Made by a program: the position numbers and the translations under genes
Assembly: GCA_965203275.1 (NCBI GenBank)
Contig: OZ241865.1
Location: 1,184,001 to 1,248,000, forward strand
Direction of reading: 5' to 3'
Length of the DNA: 64,000 nucleotides
Source of the DNA: Bdellovibrionales bacterium
GTDB lineage: Bacteria > Bdellovibrionota > Bdellovibrionia > Bdellovibrionales > JAUICD01
Shown: in pieces, positions 1-11,313 of the stretch
Position numbering within the stretch: position 1 is the stretch's first letter
Layout: the number at the start of each line of letters is the position of its first letter
The notes under the pieces: model-generated
What the model saw: the letters and a program-made list of their open reading frames with translations, nothing else
Told to the model about the DNA's origin: nothing
Database searches by the model: none

Positions 1-76
1 TAGATAGTTTCTTATAACATCAATCACTTTACACTTGACGTGTCGTTAAGAGATAACGAGTCGAATCAGAGTCAAT

Positions 77-1450
77 CCTGAGTTTGACAGTTGAAAAAAT
101 AAAGTTGAGTAAAATCAGTAGGTTATGAGTCGAAAGAGATTTTGTGCCACTAGGTTTTTGTTTTTGTGGCAGAATTTTGGACAATCTATTAAGATTAAAA
201 TTAAGATTGAGATGATTCTACTTTTACTTTTAAGCTTTGATGGGTTTTGCTGGTATTTTGACTGCTTTAAATACATCTGTTGCATGACCTGTGATATCTG
301 TTCTCATCCACAGGGTCTTATCTTTTAATGTGACAGGCACTGCTCTGACTTCTTTTAACTTTAACATTGCTTCTGAAACACTCAGTTGCCTTGCTTGTTT
401 ATTCTGACCTGTCATTAATTCTTCTCTACATTTAATACCTTTTTCATAAAGCTTCTTGCTTAAATAAGCTTCACAAAGATATGATATAAAACATAATACC
501 AAGTGACCTAATATCCTCTTGTCTGTCCAATGAAACATCGGACGAGTCTTGAGAAAACCTTTTATATCTCTAAATGCTTTCTCTACCTTCCAAAGATGTT
601 TATAATTTAATATAAGCTCCTTAGAGGATAAGTTTTTTGCATTTGTAATAATTCCAAAAAATCCATCTTGTTGTTCTGATGCTTTTATTGCATCTTCATT
701 TAATTGAGGCTTGTCTTTTGAAGTAGGATGACTTATGTATTTTTTGTAATTCATGTTAGATATAAAGTCTATATCTTCCTTATGTTCTGCTAGAATATCT
801 AAAGAACGATAAATATCCTGAAGATGAAGTTCTTTTTCTAAAAAGTCCGGATAAAATAACTTCTGCCAGTGTGAAAAAACTTGCAGTTTAGAACATGGCT
901 CTACAAATCGACTTATAACCAATGTGAAAATAATCTTAACAAAATCAAATCGCAGTTTAGGATGTTTTTTCTTCAAATCTGCTAATAATTCATAGAGGTT
1001 TAACTGTTTAAAAATAGCATCTATAATAAGCAGAGGACCTAAGATAAATGTATTTTTTATATCAATTTTTTTAGCTAATTGATTCGCAGAGATGATATCT
1101 AAATGACGGCTGATCAGTTCGGATAAGTCTTCTAATCGATCATCTTTAGACTTTCCTAAAGACATAAGTGTTCTATGGTGACTTTTACCATCTTTCCTTT
1201 CAGCTATTTGATAGTAAGTTTGTCCTCTAGAGTTTTTTGTTTTCTTTATGAACATAAGAATATACTAGAACAAAAATACAAAAAATCAAGAAAAAAATGA
1301 CTTTTTAACGCACCGCATTCGAATTTTGTGCCACTAGGACTTTTTACAAAATCCCAAAAATTCAAGCTTGCAAATCCCTCTAACACCTATAAATAAAGCA
1401 TTCTTAAAAAAGAAAATACCCAAATTTGCAAATCAACTGTCAAACTCAGG
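77..1450 (-). mobile_element. IS1634-family element, internally deleted
   Basis: Perfect 18-bp terminal inverted repeats CCTGAGTTTGACAGTTGA (77-94) / TCAACTGTCAAACTCAGG (1433-1450) enclosing a transposase ORF; no target duplication seen. Confidence 0.85.
230..1255 (-). pseudogene. IS1634-family transposase with in-frame central deletion
   Basis: N-terminal MFIKK..YYQI.E and IYRSLD.L motifs, C-terminal DGFFGIITN..YKHLWKVEKAFR..RPMFHWTDKRILGH; only 341 aa and the central D..D catalytic segment is not visible. Confidence 0.8.
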
Positions 1451-1599
1451 ACTTAAAGTCAAGAACATTTTAAAATAATGCTTGTGTTGGCTGTTTATAA
1501 GCCTATCTTATAGATAGGGCCTGCCAGGGGGCCAGTTCACAATGCCAACCCCACTAAAATTGATAAAACTTGTTTATATTAAAGTTTCATAAATTCCTA

Positions 1600-1660
1600 G
1601 CCGATAAAATATTCTCAAAAAAAAGATGTCCACATCTGCAGATCAACTGTCAAACTCAGG
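1600..1660. mobile_element. second IS1634-type end (relic)
   Basis: TCAACTGTCAAACTCAGG repeated at 1643-1660 with a related subterminal sequence. Confidence 0.7.
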
Positions 1661-1677
1661 AACTCAGGACATTTTCA

Positions 1678-3057
1678 CTACACATCAAAATAACGCATGG
1701 TCAAAGAGGCAATGCCCAGAAAAGAAAATATACTAAAAGCATCTGTGGCAATAGTCACCAATACTCCGCTCCCCAATGCAGGATCCCAATTTTGTTTCTT
1801 TAATATAATAGGGATAAAAGCTCCAATAATAGCTGCCACTAAGGTATTTAAAATCACTGATATAAAAATAACACAAGAAACAATCAAGTGAGCTTTCCAT
1901 AAATAAACCAAAACACCTGTACAAATGCCAATAACAAGACCAATCACAAGCCCTACTTTGATTTCTTTTAAAATGGCTTTAGCATAACTGATCAGTTGAA
2001 AATCTCCCATAGCTAAACCACGTGTCACCACAGTAAGGGTTTGAATGGCCGTGTTGCCAGACAAACCTGCCACCACATTTAATAAAGTAGCTAAAATAAT
2101 CAATTGACTCATTGTTTCCTCAAAAAGGGATACAATACCACTGACACAAATAGCTAAAATCAAATTGAGAAATATCCAAGGAATACGGTTTTTGATACTA
2201 ATCCTTGTATCCGTGTACACACGGTCATTGACTTGAAGTCCTGCTGTGGCATAAGCACTGGCTGTGGTTTGTTCCTTAATGATATCAATAACATGGTCAA
2301 TAGTAATAATACCTAAGAGCTGTTGGGTTTGGCTAACTATAGGTATAGCAATAAAACCATAATGATTGACCAATTCAGCAACTTTTTGTGAACTAGCTTC
2401 TGGCCTGACAGACACAACATCTTGTTTCATAATATCTTTTAATGGGGTTTGTTCTGGTGCTGTCACTAAGGCTCTTAAGGATGTCACTCCTACTAGCTGA
2501 TTTTCACTATCTACACAAAAAATATAATAAATAGACTCTTCGTAAAATCTTTTACGCACTTCATTGATTGCTTTTTGAGCCGAAAGTTCGGCAGGTAGTG
2601 TAAAAACTTTTGTGGTCATTTCTCTACCTGCTGTCCCCTCTGGATAACTTAAAATCTGCTCTATTCTTGATTTAAAAGAGGCTGGCAGACTTTCTAAAAG
2701 ATGCTCCGCATCATTTTCATTCATAAGGCTCAAAAAGTCGGCTGCTTCGTCTGGCAAGCTATCAGATATCAGGGCTTTTTTTTGTGAGCTGTCTATCAGA
2801 GATATAATTTTTTTGGTTTGAATGTGATGGAGTGACTTTAATACAGCACTGGCCTTACCCATATCAATAAGGGTCTCTATTAGAAATTTCTTGTGATTCT
2901 GGTCACTTAGCGTTTCAAAAAGCTCTGAAATATCTGCGGGCTGGATTTTAGATAAAACAGATTGCAAGAGCTTTTGGCTTCTTTGATGTCTTTTATTTAA
3001 AAGACGCTGAATGATAGATATTTGAGCTTTATTAAGGTGCATATTCATAGATAACAC
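1678..3057 (-). CDS. mgtE: magnesium transporter MgtE
   Basis: MgtE N domain, YPEGTAG..M, CBS pair, TM region with GN.A.Q..T...RGLA and DPALGSG.LVT..TD. Confidence 0.95.
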   Translation of the reverse strand: MLSMNMHLNKAQISIIQRLLNKRHQRSQKLLQSVLSKIQPADISELFETLSDQNHKKFLIETLIDMGKASAVLKSLHHIQTKKIISLIDSSQKKALISDSLPDEAADFLSLMNENDAEHLLESLPASFKSRIEQILSYPEGTAGREMTTKVFTLPAELSAQKAINEVRKRFYEESIYYIFCVDSENQLVGVTSLRALVTAPEQTPLKDIMKQDVVSVRPEASSQKVAELVNHYGFIAIPIVSQTQQLLGIITIDHVIDIIKEQTTASAYATAGLQVNDRVYTDTRISIKNRIPWIFLNLILAICVSGIVSLFEETMSQLIILATLLNVVAGLSGNTAIQTLTVVTRGLAMGDFQLISYAKAILKEIKVGLVIGLVIGICTGVLVYLWKAHLIVSCVIFISVILNTLVAAIIGAFIPIILKKQNWDPALGSGVLVTIATDAFSIFSFLGIASLTMRYFDV

Positions 3058-3190
3058 GAACTATAAAATATTTGAAAGTCTTAAATAAGTTAAATTAATA
3101 AATCTTAGTTAAAAGTATTATTTATTGATGTAGGCTTTGTATTTCTATAAAAGTAGTGTATACTGACTTTTTAAGCTTTTGAGGTAAAAT

Positions 3191-3667
3191 ATGAACAATC
3201 AGTTACCTATAACTCATCGAGGTAAAAAAAAACTAGAGGCAGAACTTAAAAATTTGCTTCAGACAGAACGTCCATCTGTGGTCAAAGCAATTGAAGAGGC
3301 CAGGGCCCAAGGTGATTTGAGCGAAAATGCAGATTATGACGCTGCAAAGGAGCGTCAAGGTTGGATTGAAGCCCGTATATCAGAAATTCAAGGACGTATT
3401 GCAGGGGCAGAAGTCATTGATCCTAGCAAACTGAAATCAAACAAAGTCATTTTTGGTGCCACAGTAAAGCTCTTAGACTACGAAGAAGATAAAAAAGTAC
3501 TTTATCAAATTGTAGGTCCAGAAGAAACCAACGTAAAAGAAGGTCGTATTTCTATTTTATCTCCTCTTGCCAGAGTGCTGGTGGGTAAGAAAGTAGGTGA
3601 TACATCAGAATTGTCTACTAATAATGGTATGAGGGAATATGAAATTTTAAGTATCGATTTTAAGTAG
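3191..3667 (+). CDS. greA: transcription elongation factor GreA
   Basis: GDLSENADYDAAKE and ISILSPLAR.L.GK motifs; GAGG RBS. Confidence 0.97.
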   Translation: MNNQLPITHRGKKKLEAELKNLLQTERPSVVKAIEEARAQGDLSENADYDAAKERQGWIEARISEIQGRIAGAEVIDPSKLKSNKVIFGATVKLLDYEEDKKVLYQIVGPEETNVKEGRISILSPLARVLVGKKVGDTSELSTNNGMREYEILSIDFK

Positions 3668-3807
3668 CAACAGTCAATTGGCTTTTCTTAGAATTTGCAC
3701 CTCTTTGAACTCTCTTAATTATATGCTCTCTCCTTAACATTATATGCTCTCTCCTTAACATGATGTTAAGAAGTAAAAATATCTTCTTTTTAAAAGAGTT
3801 AAATATA

Positions 3808-4824
3808 TTAAAATTGAAATACATTAGAACAAACAGATCCAGCAGAAGGGGTTTCGTTCATGGATAGGTGAGTCCAGGTTTCAGTGCTACTTGTAATACC
3901 ACCAGAGATAGCAATAATATTTTTTATGACACCCAATAAACATCGTGTGGCTTGCTTAAAATAAGTATCTTTATTAGAAAAAAGCTCTTTATATAATTCT
4001 TCTCTATCCTCATCCTTGTAAAAATAAGGTCTAGGCTTGCTCATAAATGATAGAGTATCTGTTGTTGTATGAGGTCGATGTAATAGACAATGACCTAGTT
4101 CATGGGCTACAACAGATTCTCTGTCTGTATGACCATAACGTTCCCAATAAATAGGATTAAGTAAAATAATCTTTGGAAAAAAAGAATAAGGTATGAGACA
4201 CGTTCCACCTATGCGTATTTTACTTGCTATCCAATAAGGCATAAATCCAAATCTCAAATCTTGAGAAATAGGTTCACCTTTATAATATTCATAAATTTGA
4301 ATATGAGGCTTCACTAAGGGGTGAATTTCTCTGTTTAAAATATTATGATTTATGATATGTTCGATATGACTTGTAGCATACATAGAACCTATCATTGTAG
4401 GATCATCTGATCCATTTTCTACAAGGGTACGTATGACAGCTGTATTATTACGTTCGTACATATCTGTACTCAAAGCATGTGCTAAAGCATTCTGTTCTAA
4501 ATCATCTTGAGCATTGACATCAGCTCCATGGTCAATAAGAGTTTGGATCACAGCAGGATTGCTCTGAAGACCACTACTTGCATGCATTAAAACAGTTACT
4601 CCAAAAGCACTTTTTGCATTGACATCCCATCCATATTCTATATAAGTATTGACCAACTCAAGATCACCAGCTATTGCTGCATGCATTAAGGCTGTCATAT
4701 TATGATTTGAATCTGTATGGGCAACAGGGGATTCTTCTTGAATATCTTGAGTAAAGACTGTAACAAAACCAGGGGCAACAAGACACAACATGTATATTTT
4801 AATAAATATGCAAATCATTGTCAC
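3808..4824 (-). CDS. secreted ankyrin-repeat protein with C-terminal zinc metalloprotease motif
   Basis: Hydrophobic N-terminus; TALMHAA..GD / G.DVNA repeats; HELGHCLLHRPH zincin-like motif. Confidence 0.75.
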   Translation of the reverse strand: MTMICIFIKIYMLCLVAPGFVTVFTQDIQEESPVAHTDSNHNMTALMHAAIAGDLELVNTYIEYGWDVNAKSAFGVTVLMHASSGLQSNPAVIQTLIDHGADVNAQDDLEQNALAHALSTDMYERNNTAVIRTLVENGSDDPTMIGSMYATSHIEHIINHNILNREIHPLVKPHIQIYEYYKGEPISQDLRFGFMPYWIASKIRIGGTCLIPYSFFPKIILLNPIYWERYGHTDRESVVAHELGHCLLHRPHTTTDTLSFMSKPRPYFYKDEDREELYKELFSNKDTYFKQATRCLLGVIKNIIAISGGITSSTETWTHLSMNETPSAGSVCSNVFQF

Positions 4825-4924
4825 TCCTTATATTTCAACTTCATTTTACCTTAAAATATTTTTTATTATAACTCAAAGGATTATATATTGTAGATACAAT
4901 TTCATAAGAACAAGCCTAGTTAAT

Positions 4925-5000
4925 CCTGAGCTTAACAGTTCATTTGAGGATGCGGATATCTTTTTTTAGAATGCTTTACTTATAGATTTTAGAAAGTTTG
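4925..5000. mobile_element. degenerate IS1634-type end
   Basis: CCTGAGCTTAACAGTTCATTTGAGGATGCGGATATC resembles the reverse complement of 1600-1660. Confidence 0.6.
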
Positions 5001-5178
5001 TGGGTTTTAATTTTTAGTTTTAGCAGAATTCATAGCCAACACATTTTCGCAAATTTTTATCAATAAAGCCTTGACATAGACGGCTATAAGTTATTGAGAC
5101 AATTATAAGTTATTGACTAAAAATGATAATGAAAAATAATGTGAAAGGCCTAAAATTCGAATAGTACGTAACACAAAG

Positions 5179-5553
5179 TTAAGCAATTCTTTTTTGTTCA
5201 TACAACATATCTATTCTACGTATTATATTCTCTTGGCTTTTTTGCATCTCTGTCTTAATTTCTTTTACTTCTGCCTTAACTTCCTTTACCTCTGCCTTAA
5301 CTTCCCTAATCTGTGTATAGATATGATCCACGTGTGTTTGTACTGCATTTATTTGTGCTTGTACTGCATTTATTTGTACTTCTAGTGACTTCGTATTAGT
5401 ATCTAGTTTATCGTTTAGTAACTTCGTACTAGTATCTAGTTTATCGCTTAGGTTTTGAATTTTCTCCTTATTGGGATATGATAAATAATAACCTATAACA
5501 AAAATAGCCACAGATATTGCCGAAATAATGCCAATAACATCTAAATTTTCCAT
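5179..5553 (-). CDS. small membrane-anchored coiled-coil protein with short internal repeats
   Basis: GGAGG RBS; N-terminal TM helix; 11-aa and 7-aa tandem repeats. Confidence 0.75.
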   Translation of the reverse strand: MENLDVIGIISAISVAIFVIGYYLSYPNKEKIQNLSDKLDTSTKLLNDKLDTNTKSLEVQINAVQAQINAVQTHVDHIYTQIREVKAEVKEVKAEVKEIKTEMQKSQENIIRRIDMLYEQKRIA

Positions 5554-5853
5554 AAATCCTCCTTCACTTATGACTTAGTACTTTAGTGCTTTACAAAGTA
5601 TCACATTTTTAACAGTTGATCAAGTAAATTTTTATGAAAGTGAGTTTTTGTGCTTTTTTTTACTGGCTTGGTGTGTACCTGGGTAGCAAATAAGGAAAAA
5701 ACCGATAAATAAATAGCTCCCTCTTATTATCATTGTATCATACTGACACAGTATGTCAAGCTCTTTTTTGTAAAATTTACAAGGTTTTTTGAATTTATAC
5801 TAAGTGGCCTTACTTACTTTTAGAAAAGTTAGAAAAAACTTAAGTAGGTTGGT

Positions 5854-6195
5854 TTATTTGCCTTTTTTATTTTCATTTAGATAGAACCTATCTATTCGGT
5901 CAATTATGTTTTTTTGTCCATCTTTAATATCTTTAATGTCACTTTTAAAGTCATTTTTAATGTCATTACGTACTCTCCGAATATCGTCACTTAATTCTTT
6001 CTTAACGTTATTTATCTGTGTAGGTATATGATTGTTTAATTGACTTTGTATTAACTGCCTATTAGAGTTGACTTGATAAACTAAATAAAAAAGCAAGGCT
6101 AATATAACCATAACAATAAAAGCACTTGCACCTTTCTCTTTAAACCACTTATCGAATTTTTCCCATAAACCTACTATTTGTAACAACCACTCCAT
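5854..6195 (-). CDS. small membrane-anchored coiled-coil protein
   Basis: Likely start ATG 6195 after AGGGGG; TM helix then heptads; C-terminus NIIDRIDRFY resembles NIIRRIDMLY of the neighbour. Confidence 0.7.
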   Translation of the reverse strand: MEWLLQIVGLWEKFDKWFKEKGASAFIVMVILALLFYLVYQVNSNRQLIQSQLNNHIPTQINNVKKELSDDIRRVRNDIKNDFKSDIKDIKDGQKNIIDRIDRFYLNENKKGK

Positions 6196-6294
6196 TTTAC
6201 CCCCTTTTGTTTTTATTTCGGACAAAAAAAGTTTTTACTATACAACTTTTTTAGAGTATGTCAAAAAAAAGTATTTCAAAATGAGATTCATTCT

Positions 6295-8679
6295 TTAGGA
6301 CTGTTCGTTAAGCATTGAACAATCTATATCTTCATCTGTATAATCTTCGATGTATTGCCTTAGAATATCTGTAAAGTGAAAAGCATTGTACTGGAGGGTA
6401 CGGTCTTTTTGATTTTGATCTGAAAATATATTAAGCTCTTGGTGATCAATAAATTGTTCTCGCAATAACATTAATCTTGGATGGCAGTATAAAGGTTGGA
6501 CATAACGATGGATCACAAGATCTTTGACTTCTTGTGGATTTTGAGGCTTATGACCATTGATAGAAACACTCTGTAACCGATCATAATAAATATCTGCTGA
6601 AAAATAATAAGTTAGAATCCCAAAAATGCGTTCTGCAACATAACTTCTAGTACCTATATTCCAAATTACATAAGGAAGGAGATTTTGTCTATCTTCAATC
6701 AATAAGTCTCTGAGCCGTTGTAGATCTAAAAAGAAATTATCAAGAGGTGACGTTCCTATATCTAACATAGAACACTCGGGGTGGGGTGGGTTATTTTTAA
6801 TTCTACTTATAATTTCTTCTGATCTGTCTTCTATAGGTGTAGAGACTTTTTCTAATTCTAAACAGTTCATATCTGTTCTATGCGGGAGTACTCCAAAGTA
6901 GCTATAGCCAATAGCCATTTGATCATATACTCCTAAAGGCATGGGCTGATGGGCATCATAATGTTTATTGGCATGAAGTACTGTTGTGCTAGTATCTTCT
7001 ACAGAGCTAGAATAACTGCCTTCTTGGGCAAACACATTCCCTCTATAGTTATGCCCAAGGCCTAATGCATGGCCTATTTCATGTGCAATCAAAAATCTCA
7101 AGCCCTTCAATATAAAATCCTGAAAATCTTGCTCTAAAGGGGCAAACTTTGTAACTTGTAAAAGGTTTGTACTTGTATTAGAAAAATAAACTGGTGAAAT
7201 GAGCCATGTTGCATCATTTTTAAAAGAAGTCTGTAGAGGGGAAGACTTAAGATATGCAATCTGTTCACCGGATTTAATTTTTTGACTGTATTCAAACCAT
7301 TTTTGATACTGATTTACTATTTGAGACCCTTGTATGAAAATATTAGATGACCATATTTCTCCTGTATGGCGATTATAGAGAGCATTGGTATTTCCTAAAT
7401 AGTCTATTTCATACTGAGTATCCCACTCTAATATATTAAACCTAATATCTCCTGTGACAATTTCTTGTTCCCCATCATAATCACCTTGTATAAAGGTATA
7501 AGAAAGGGGAGGTGTTGTTTTAGCTGTCTGAGCAAGCTGAGGATTGTGTTCCTCCATTTGTGATATGAAAATATTATTCCAATATTCAATACCTTCTATA
7601 GCAGCTCTTTTTATTTCTTCAGGGAAGTTTTTAACATAAAAATGGATAGGGTTTATTTCTCCATTTTCAATGATTCTTGCACGAAGTATAGGTATAGAGG
7701 ATGTATTTTGAGGGTTGAGAAGATTCCAATAGGCCCAATAGGCATTTGCTGTAAAATAATTAACACCATTAGTAGGAGACCTTTTAGTGAAATTTTCTTC
7801 ACTTTTAACTAAATTAAACTTGATAAACCAACGTGCAGTCATTTGTGGTTGAGGATATGAACTTGATTGAATAACTGAAACTTTGTCAAAAATAAATGTG
7901 GAATCAAAAAAACCAACAGGTGATATTCTTACACCTCGTATAGGAAGCATTGGTAAGTAGTCGAAGATTGTTCTTCTTTGCGATCTCAAAGCAGGTAATT
8001 TAAGTGATTGAGGATCTATAATAATAGATTTGTGCTTTTGAGAAATACCTAAAATAGGTACCTGTGCATAAGTTAAAAAAAGATCTCTTCTTAGCATACA
8101 GCTATCTCTGATCATAGGAGGGCAATGTATGAATTCTAAAAAGCACCGTCCATTTGAAGGTTCTGTGACCAAAGTGGCTTGTACTTCCTCTGCATGCAAT
8201 GAATAATCTCTAAACGAGGCCAGTATATTTTGGTGATCAGATTTTTGTTGAAAGAACACATTGCCATTGTCTGTAACATGAGTCATTCTTGCTCCTATAG
8301 CAAGAGGCTTATGTAAGGCTTTTAAAGGAAAGCCTAATAAGAGATTTTCTGTAGGTTGATGAGCCGTAAATTTCTGCACCAAAGAAAGTTGTTGATTATT
8401 TTGATCGTGTGGCATTTCTTCGTTAGGTGGGTTAGGAATATTTTGGAAATCTTCTGTAGATGACTCTTCTGTAAAACATCCTATCATATCTTGTGTGTTA
8501 GATAAAATTTCCTTGCCAAAGAGCATTAAAGGTGTTTGTTCGTCACCTAAAAGAATGGTTTGATATGTTACAGGATTTTGTGCTGGGACATCAATAGGGA
8601 ATAAAATGGTTACAATCAATGATGTAAGTATTGTAGGTAATGCTATTAAATAAGCTATAAAGATTCTTTTTTTAAGCAT
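6295..8679 (-). CDS. secreted zinc-dependent metalloprotease
   Basis: Signal-like N-terminus; GDIRFN; HEIGHALGLGHNY; YDQMAI.Y.Y. Confidence 0.85.
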   Translation of the reverse strand: MLKKRIFIAYLIALPTILTSLIVTILFPIDVPAQNPVTYQTILLGDEQTPLMLFGKEILSNTQDMIGCFTEESSTEDFQNIPNPPNEEMPHDQNNQQLSLVQKFTAHQPTENLLLGFPLKALHKPLAIGARMTHVTDNGNVFFQQKSDHQNILASFRDYSLHAEEVQATLVTEPSNGRCFLEFIHCPPMIRDSCMLRRDLFLTYAQVPILGISQKHKSIIIDPQSLKLPALRSQRRTIFDYLPMLPIRGVRISPVGFFDSTFIFDKVSVIQSSSYPQPQMTARWFIKFNLVKSEENFTKRSPTNGVNYFTANAYWAYWNLLNPQNTSSIPILRARIIENGEINPIHFYVKNFPEEIKRAAIEGIEYWNNIFISQMEEHNPQLAQTAKTTPPLSYTFIQGDYDGEQEIVTGDIRFNILEWDTQYEIDYLGNTNALYNRHTGEIWSSNIFIQGSQIVNQYQKWFEYSQKIKSGEQIAYLKSSPLQTSFKNDATWLISPVYFSNTSTNLLQVTKFAPLEQDFQDFILKGLRFLIAHEIGHALGLGHNYRGNVFAQEGSYSSSVEDTSTTVLHANKHYDAHQPMPLGVYDQMAIGYSYFGVLPHRTDMNCLELEKVSTPIEDRSEEIISRIKNNPPHPECSMLDIGTSPLDNFFLDLQRLRDLLIEDRQNLLPYVIWNIGTRSYVAERIFGILTYYFSADIYYDRLQSVSINGHKPQNPQEVKDLVIHRYVQPLYCHPRLMLLREQFIDHQELNIFSDQNQKDRTLQYNAFHFTDILRQYIEDYTDEDIDCSMLNEQS

Positions 8680-8790
8680 ACCTTTTTCATAGCTTAATTT
8701 ATCTTAAACTTGAAATAATAAAAACTTATAATCTCTATAAGTTTATTTTGCTTATTTAGTAGAAAGAAGGGTGCTAAAGGGTATATGCTT

Positions 8791-10062
8791 TTAATGAGAA
8801 GTAAAGGCTAAACAAGCATTTGTTCCACCAAAGCCAAAGCTATTATTTAAGGCATGTTTAATAGGTTTTTCCACTGCTGTGTGAGGTGTATAGTTTAAAT
8901 CACAGTCAGGAGAGGGGTCTTCAAGATTAATGGTAGGAGGAATTTGGTTTTTGCATAAAGACAATACAGTAAATATAGCCTCCACAGCTCCTGCAGCTCC
9001 TAGCAAATGGCCTATCATGCTTTTAGTAGAACTAATGGACAATTTAGAGGCATGTTGCTTGAAAGCATTTTTGATAGCAAGTGTTTCTTTTTCATCTCCT
9101 ACAGGTGTGGACGTGCCATGGGCATTGATGTAATCAATATCCTCAGGATTCACCTGAGCATCCTTTAAAGTACATAGCATAGCTTGTGTAGCCCCCTCTC
9201 CATTGTCATCTGGATTTGTCAAATGAAAGGCATCACAAGAAGCTGCATAACCTGAAAGTTCACAGTAAATCCTAGCTCCTCTGGCAGATGCTCTTTCATA
9301 ATCTTCTAAGACCAATGCACCTGCACCCTCACTTAAAACAAAACCATCTCTCTGTCTATCCCATGGACGAGATGCCAGTGAAGGCTGTGAGTTTCGAGTC
9401 GACAAGGCTCTCATAGCTGCAAAACCAGAGATTGCCAGAGGTGTAATAGTTGATTCTGCACCTCCAGCTAACATCACATCACAAAATCCATAACGAATAT
9501 ATCTCATAGCCTCTCCAATAGCATGTCCTGAGGAAGCACAAGCTGAAGTGACTGCATAGCTAGGGCCTTTCAATCCTGCTTGTAGTGAAATATGACCAGT
9601 AGCTATATTAGAAATAGCTTTTGGAATAAAAAAAGGCGAAATGCGAGCCGGACCTCTTTCTTCTAAAAGTTTAAAGTTCTGACAAATAATATCTAAACCC
9701 CCCATTCCTACACCCATCAAACAACCAGTCCGTAAGCTGATCTCTTCAGTGATAGTTAATTGACTATCTTCTAAAGCTGAAAGCCCTGCAACTACAGCTA
9801 ATTGAGAGAACCGCTCCATTTTACGTAAGTTTTTAGGGTCAATCCACTTTTGAGCATCAAACCCCTTCACCTCACCTGCAATAGTTACATCATGTCCACG
9901 TGCGTCAAATTGTGTGATGCTTGAAATGCCTGAATGGCCATTTAAAATGTGATCCCATGACTCTGTATAAGTTAAGCCTACAGGTGTAATGGCAGCCATA
10001 CCTGTCACAACGACTCTTCTTTCAGCTATGGGTTTTCTATAAAAAATACTCTGAGATTTCAT
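8791..10062 (-). CDS. fabF: beta-ketoacyl-ACP synthase II
   Basis: [46 protein letters not shown]. Confidence 0.97.
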   Translation of the reverse strand: MKSQSIFYRKPIAERRVVVTGMAAITPVGLTYTESWDHILNGHSGISSITQFDARGHDVTIAGEVKGFDAQKWIDPKNLRKMERFSQLAVVAGLSALEDSQLTITEEISLRTGCLMGVGMGGLDIICQNFKLLEERGPARISPFFIPKAISNIATGHISLQAGLKGPSYAVTSACASSGHAIGEAMRYIRYGFCDVMLAGGAESTITPLAISGFAAMRALSTRNSQPSLASRPWDRQRDGFVLSEGAGALVLEDYERASARGARIYCELSGYAASCDAFHLTNPDDNGEGATQAMLCTLKDAQVNPEDIDYINAHGTSTPVGDEKETLAIKNAFKQHASKLSISSTKSMIGHLLGAAGAVEAIFTVLSLCKNQIPPTINLEDPSPDCDLNYTPHTAVEKPIKHALNNSFGFGGTNACLAFTSH

Positions 10063-10334
10063 TTTTGATCAATCTGTTTCTGTTGCTCTGTCAGTTGAGG
10101 GAGTAAATTTTTCTCGACCAGATAGCTTTGAACATCTCCTACAGTTTTAAGAGTTTCAGCTTCCTGATCTGGAATCTCTATATCAAAAGCTTCTTCCATA
10201 GACATGACCAATTCCACAATATCTAGGCTATCTGCCTTAAGATCTTCTACAAAAGAAGCTTCTGGAGTTACTTGATTGTCTTCTACTCCTAGTTGATCGA
10301 CTATCATTTTTTTTATTTTAGGATTTATCGTCAT
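10059..10334 (-). CDS. acpP: acyl carrier protein
   Basis: [14 protein letters not shown] motif; adjacent to fabF. Confidence 0.97.
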   Translation of the reverse strand: MTINPKIKKMIVDQLGVEDNQVTPEASFVEDLKADSLDIVELVMSMEEAFDIEIPDQEAETLKTVGDVQSYLVEKNLLPQLTEQQKQIDQK

Positions 10335-10647
10335 GATTGTCTCCTTTTTTAGGTTGTTAGATTGTTATTCGAATTGCTTGCATTGCTTTACTAACTTTTA
10401 CATAACTAACATAACAAAGCTTGTCAAGGGGGGACTGCCTATCTGTAAATTTTACCTTATAAAAAGTAATTTTTATCTTGCAATCTTTAAATTATTCCCT
10501 TAATTATCTATAAATCATGTTTAAAACGTGAATTTATGATTATTAAGTCATATTTAAAACTTGACTTTATGAAACAAATAATAGTATTATTGATTTAAAC
10601 TTATTTTTGAACAAAAACATAACCTATAAAAAGTTTGGAGGAATATA

Positions 10648-11205
10648 ATGAAAGATTTATTATTTATAGTAGTAATGAGTATACTATGCCTCTGCCCTTA
10701 TTTAGCAAGTCAGAGCCTAGCTGGTCAAGAGACACCTTATGACTCATCTTCGCTTTTTATAGAAGATGATTACAGAAACCTCAGAGGAATACTTGAATCT
10801 GGAGTTGGTGTGAATACTCAAGATATTGAAACAGGGGATACTGTATTTCATAGAGTTCTTCGAAATGAGCTGGGTCAGCTTGAATCTAGACAAAACCAAA
10901 ACAATAGAGAATTTTCTAATCTCATTATTGATTTGTGGAGATCACCAAGTAATAACGCATTAAGAAATGATTTGTACACAATGCTTGTAAACCATGATAG
11001 GTACCAGAAAAGAATGAAAAGAGAAAAAGAAGACTTCATATTTTTTTTATTGGACAACTATTCTTCTTTAAATGTTTGTATTTCAAATAATCGTGGAGAG
11101 ACAGCTTTAGACTTAGCACAAGAATCCTCTGACTTAGGAGAATACTTAACTATGAAAATAGAGCAGAGAGTTCCTGACGCTTCATGTGATGGAACTGCTC
11201 AATAA
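10648..11205 (+). CDS. secreted protein with degenerate ankyrin repeats
   Basis: GGAGG RBS, signal peptide, GVGVNTQD..TGDTVFH and NNRGETALDLA. Confidence 0.65.
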   Translation: MKDLLFIVVMSILCLCPYLASQSLAGQETPYDSSSLFIEDDYRNLRGILESGVGVNTQDIETGDTVFHRVLRNELGQLESRQNQNNREFSNLIIDLWRSPSNNALRNDLYTMLVNHDRYQKRMKREKEDFIFFLLDNYSSLNVCISNNRGETALDLAQESSDLGEYLTMKIEQRVPDASCDGTAQ

Positions 11206-11313
11206 AGTTTTTTAATGTTGATTTTTTAAGTATTGACTTTTATAAAGCAAGTACTTCTTCACAAAAAAATAAGATAATATATTAGGACCATCAGAATAGA
11301 TGGATAAGGATTT

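Noticed and set aside
125..328. ORFs 125-328 and 26247-26432 with similar N-termini
   Set aside because: Similarity comes from the shared IS end sequence
1643..4945. Composite transposon carrying mgtE-greA
   Set aside because: The flanking IS ends face away from the enclosed genes and are divergent from each other
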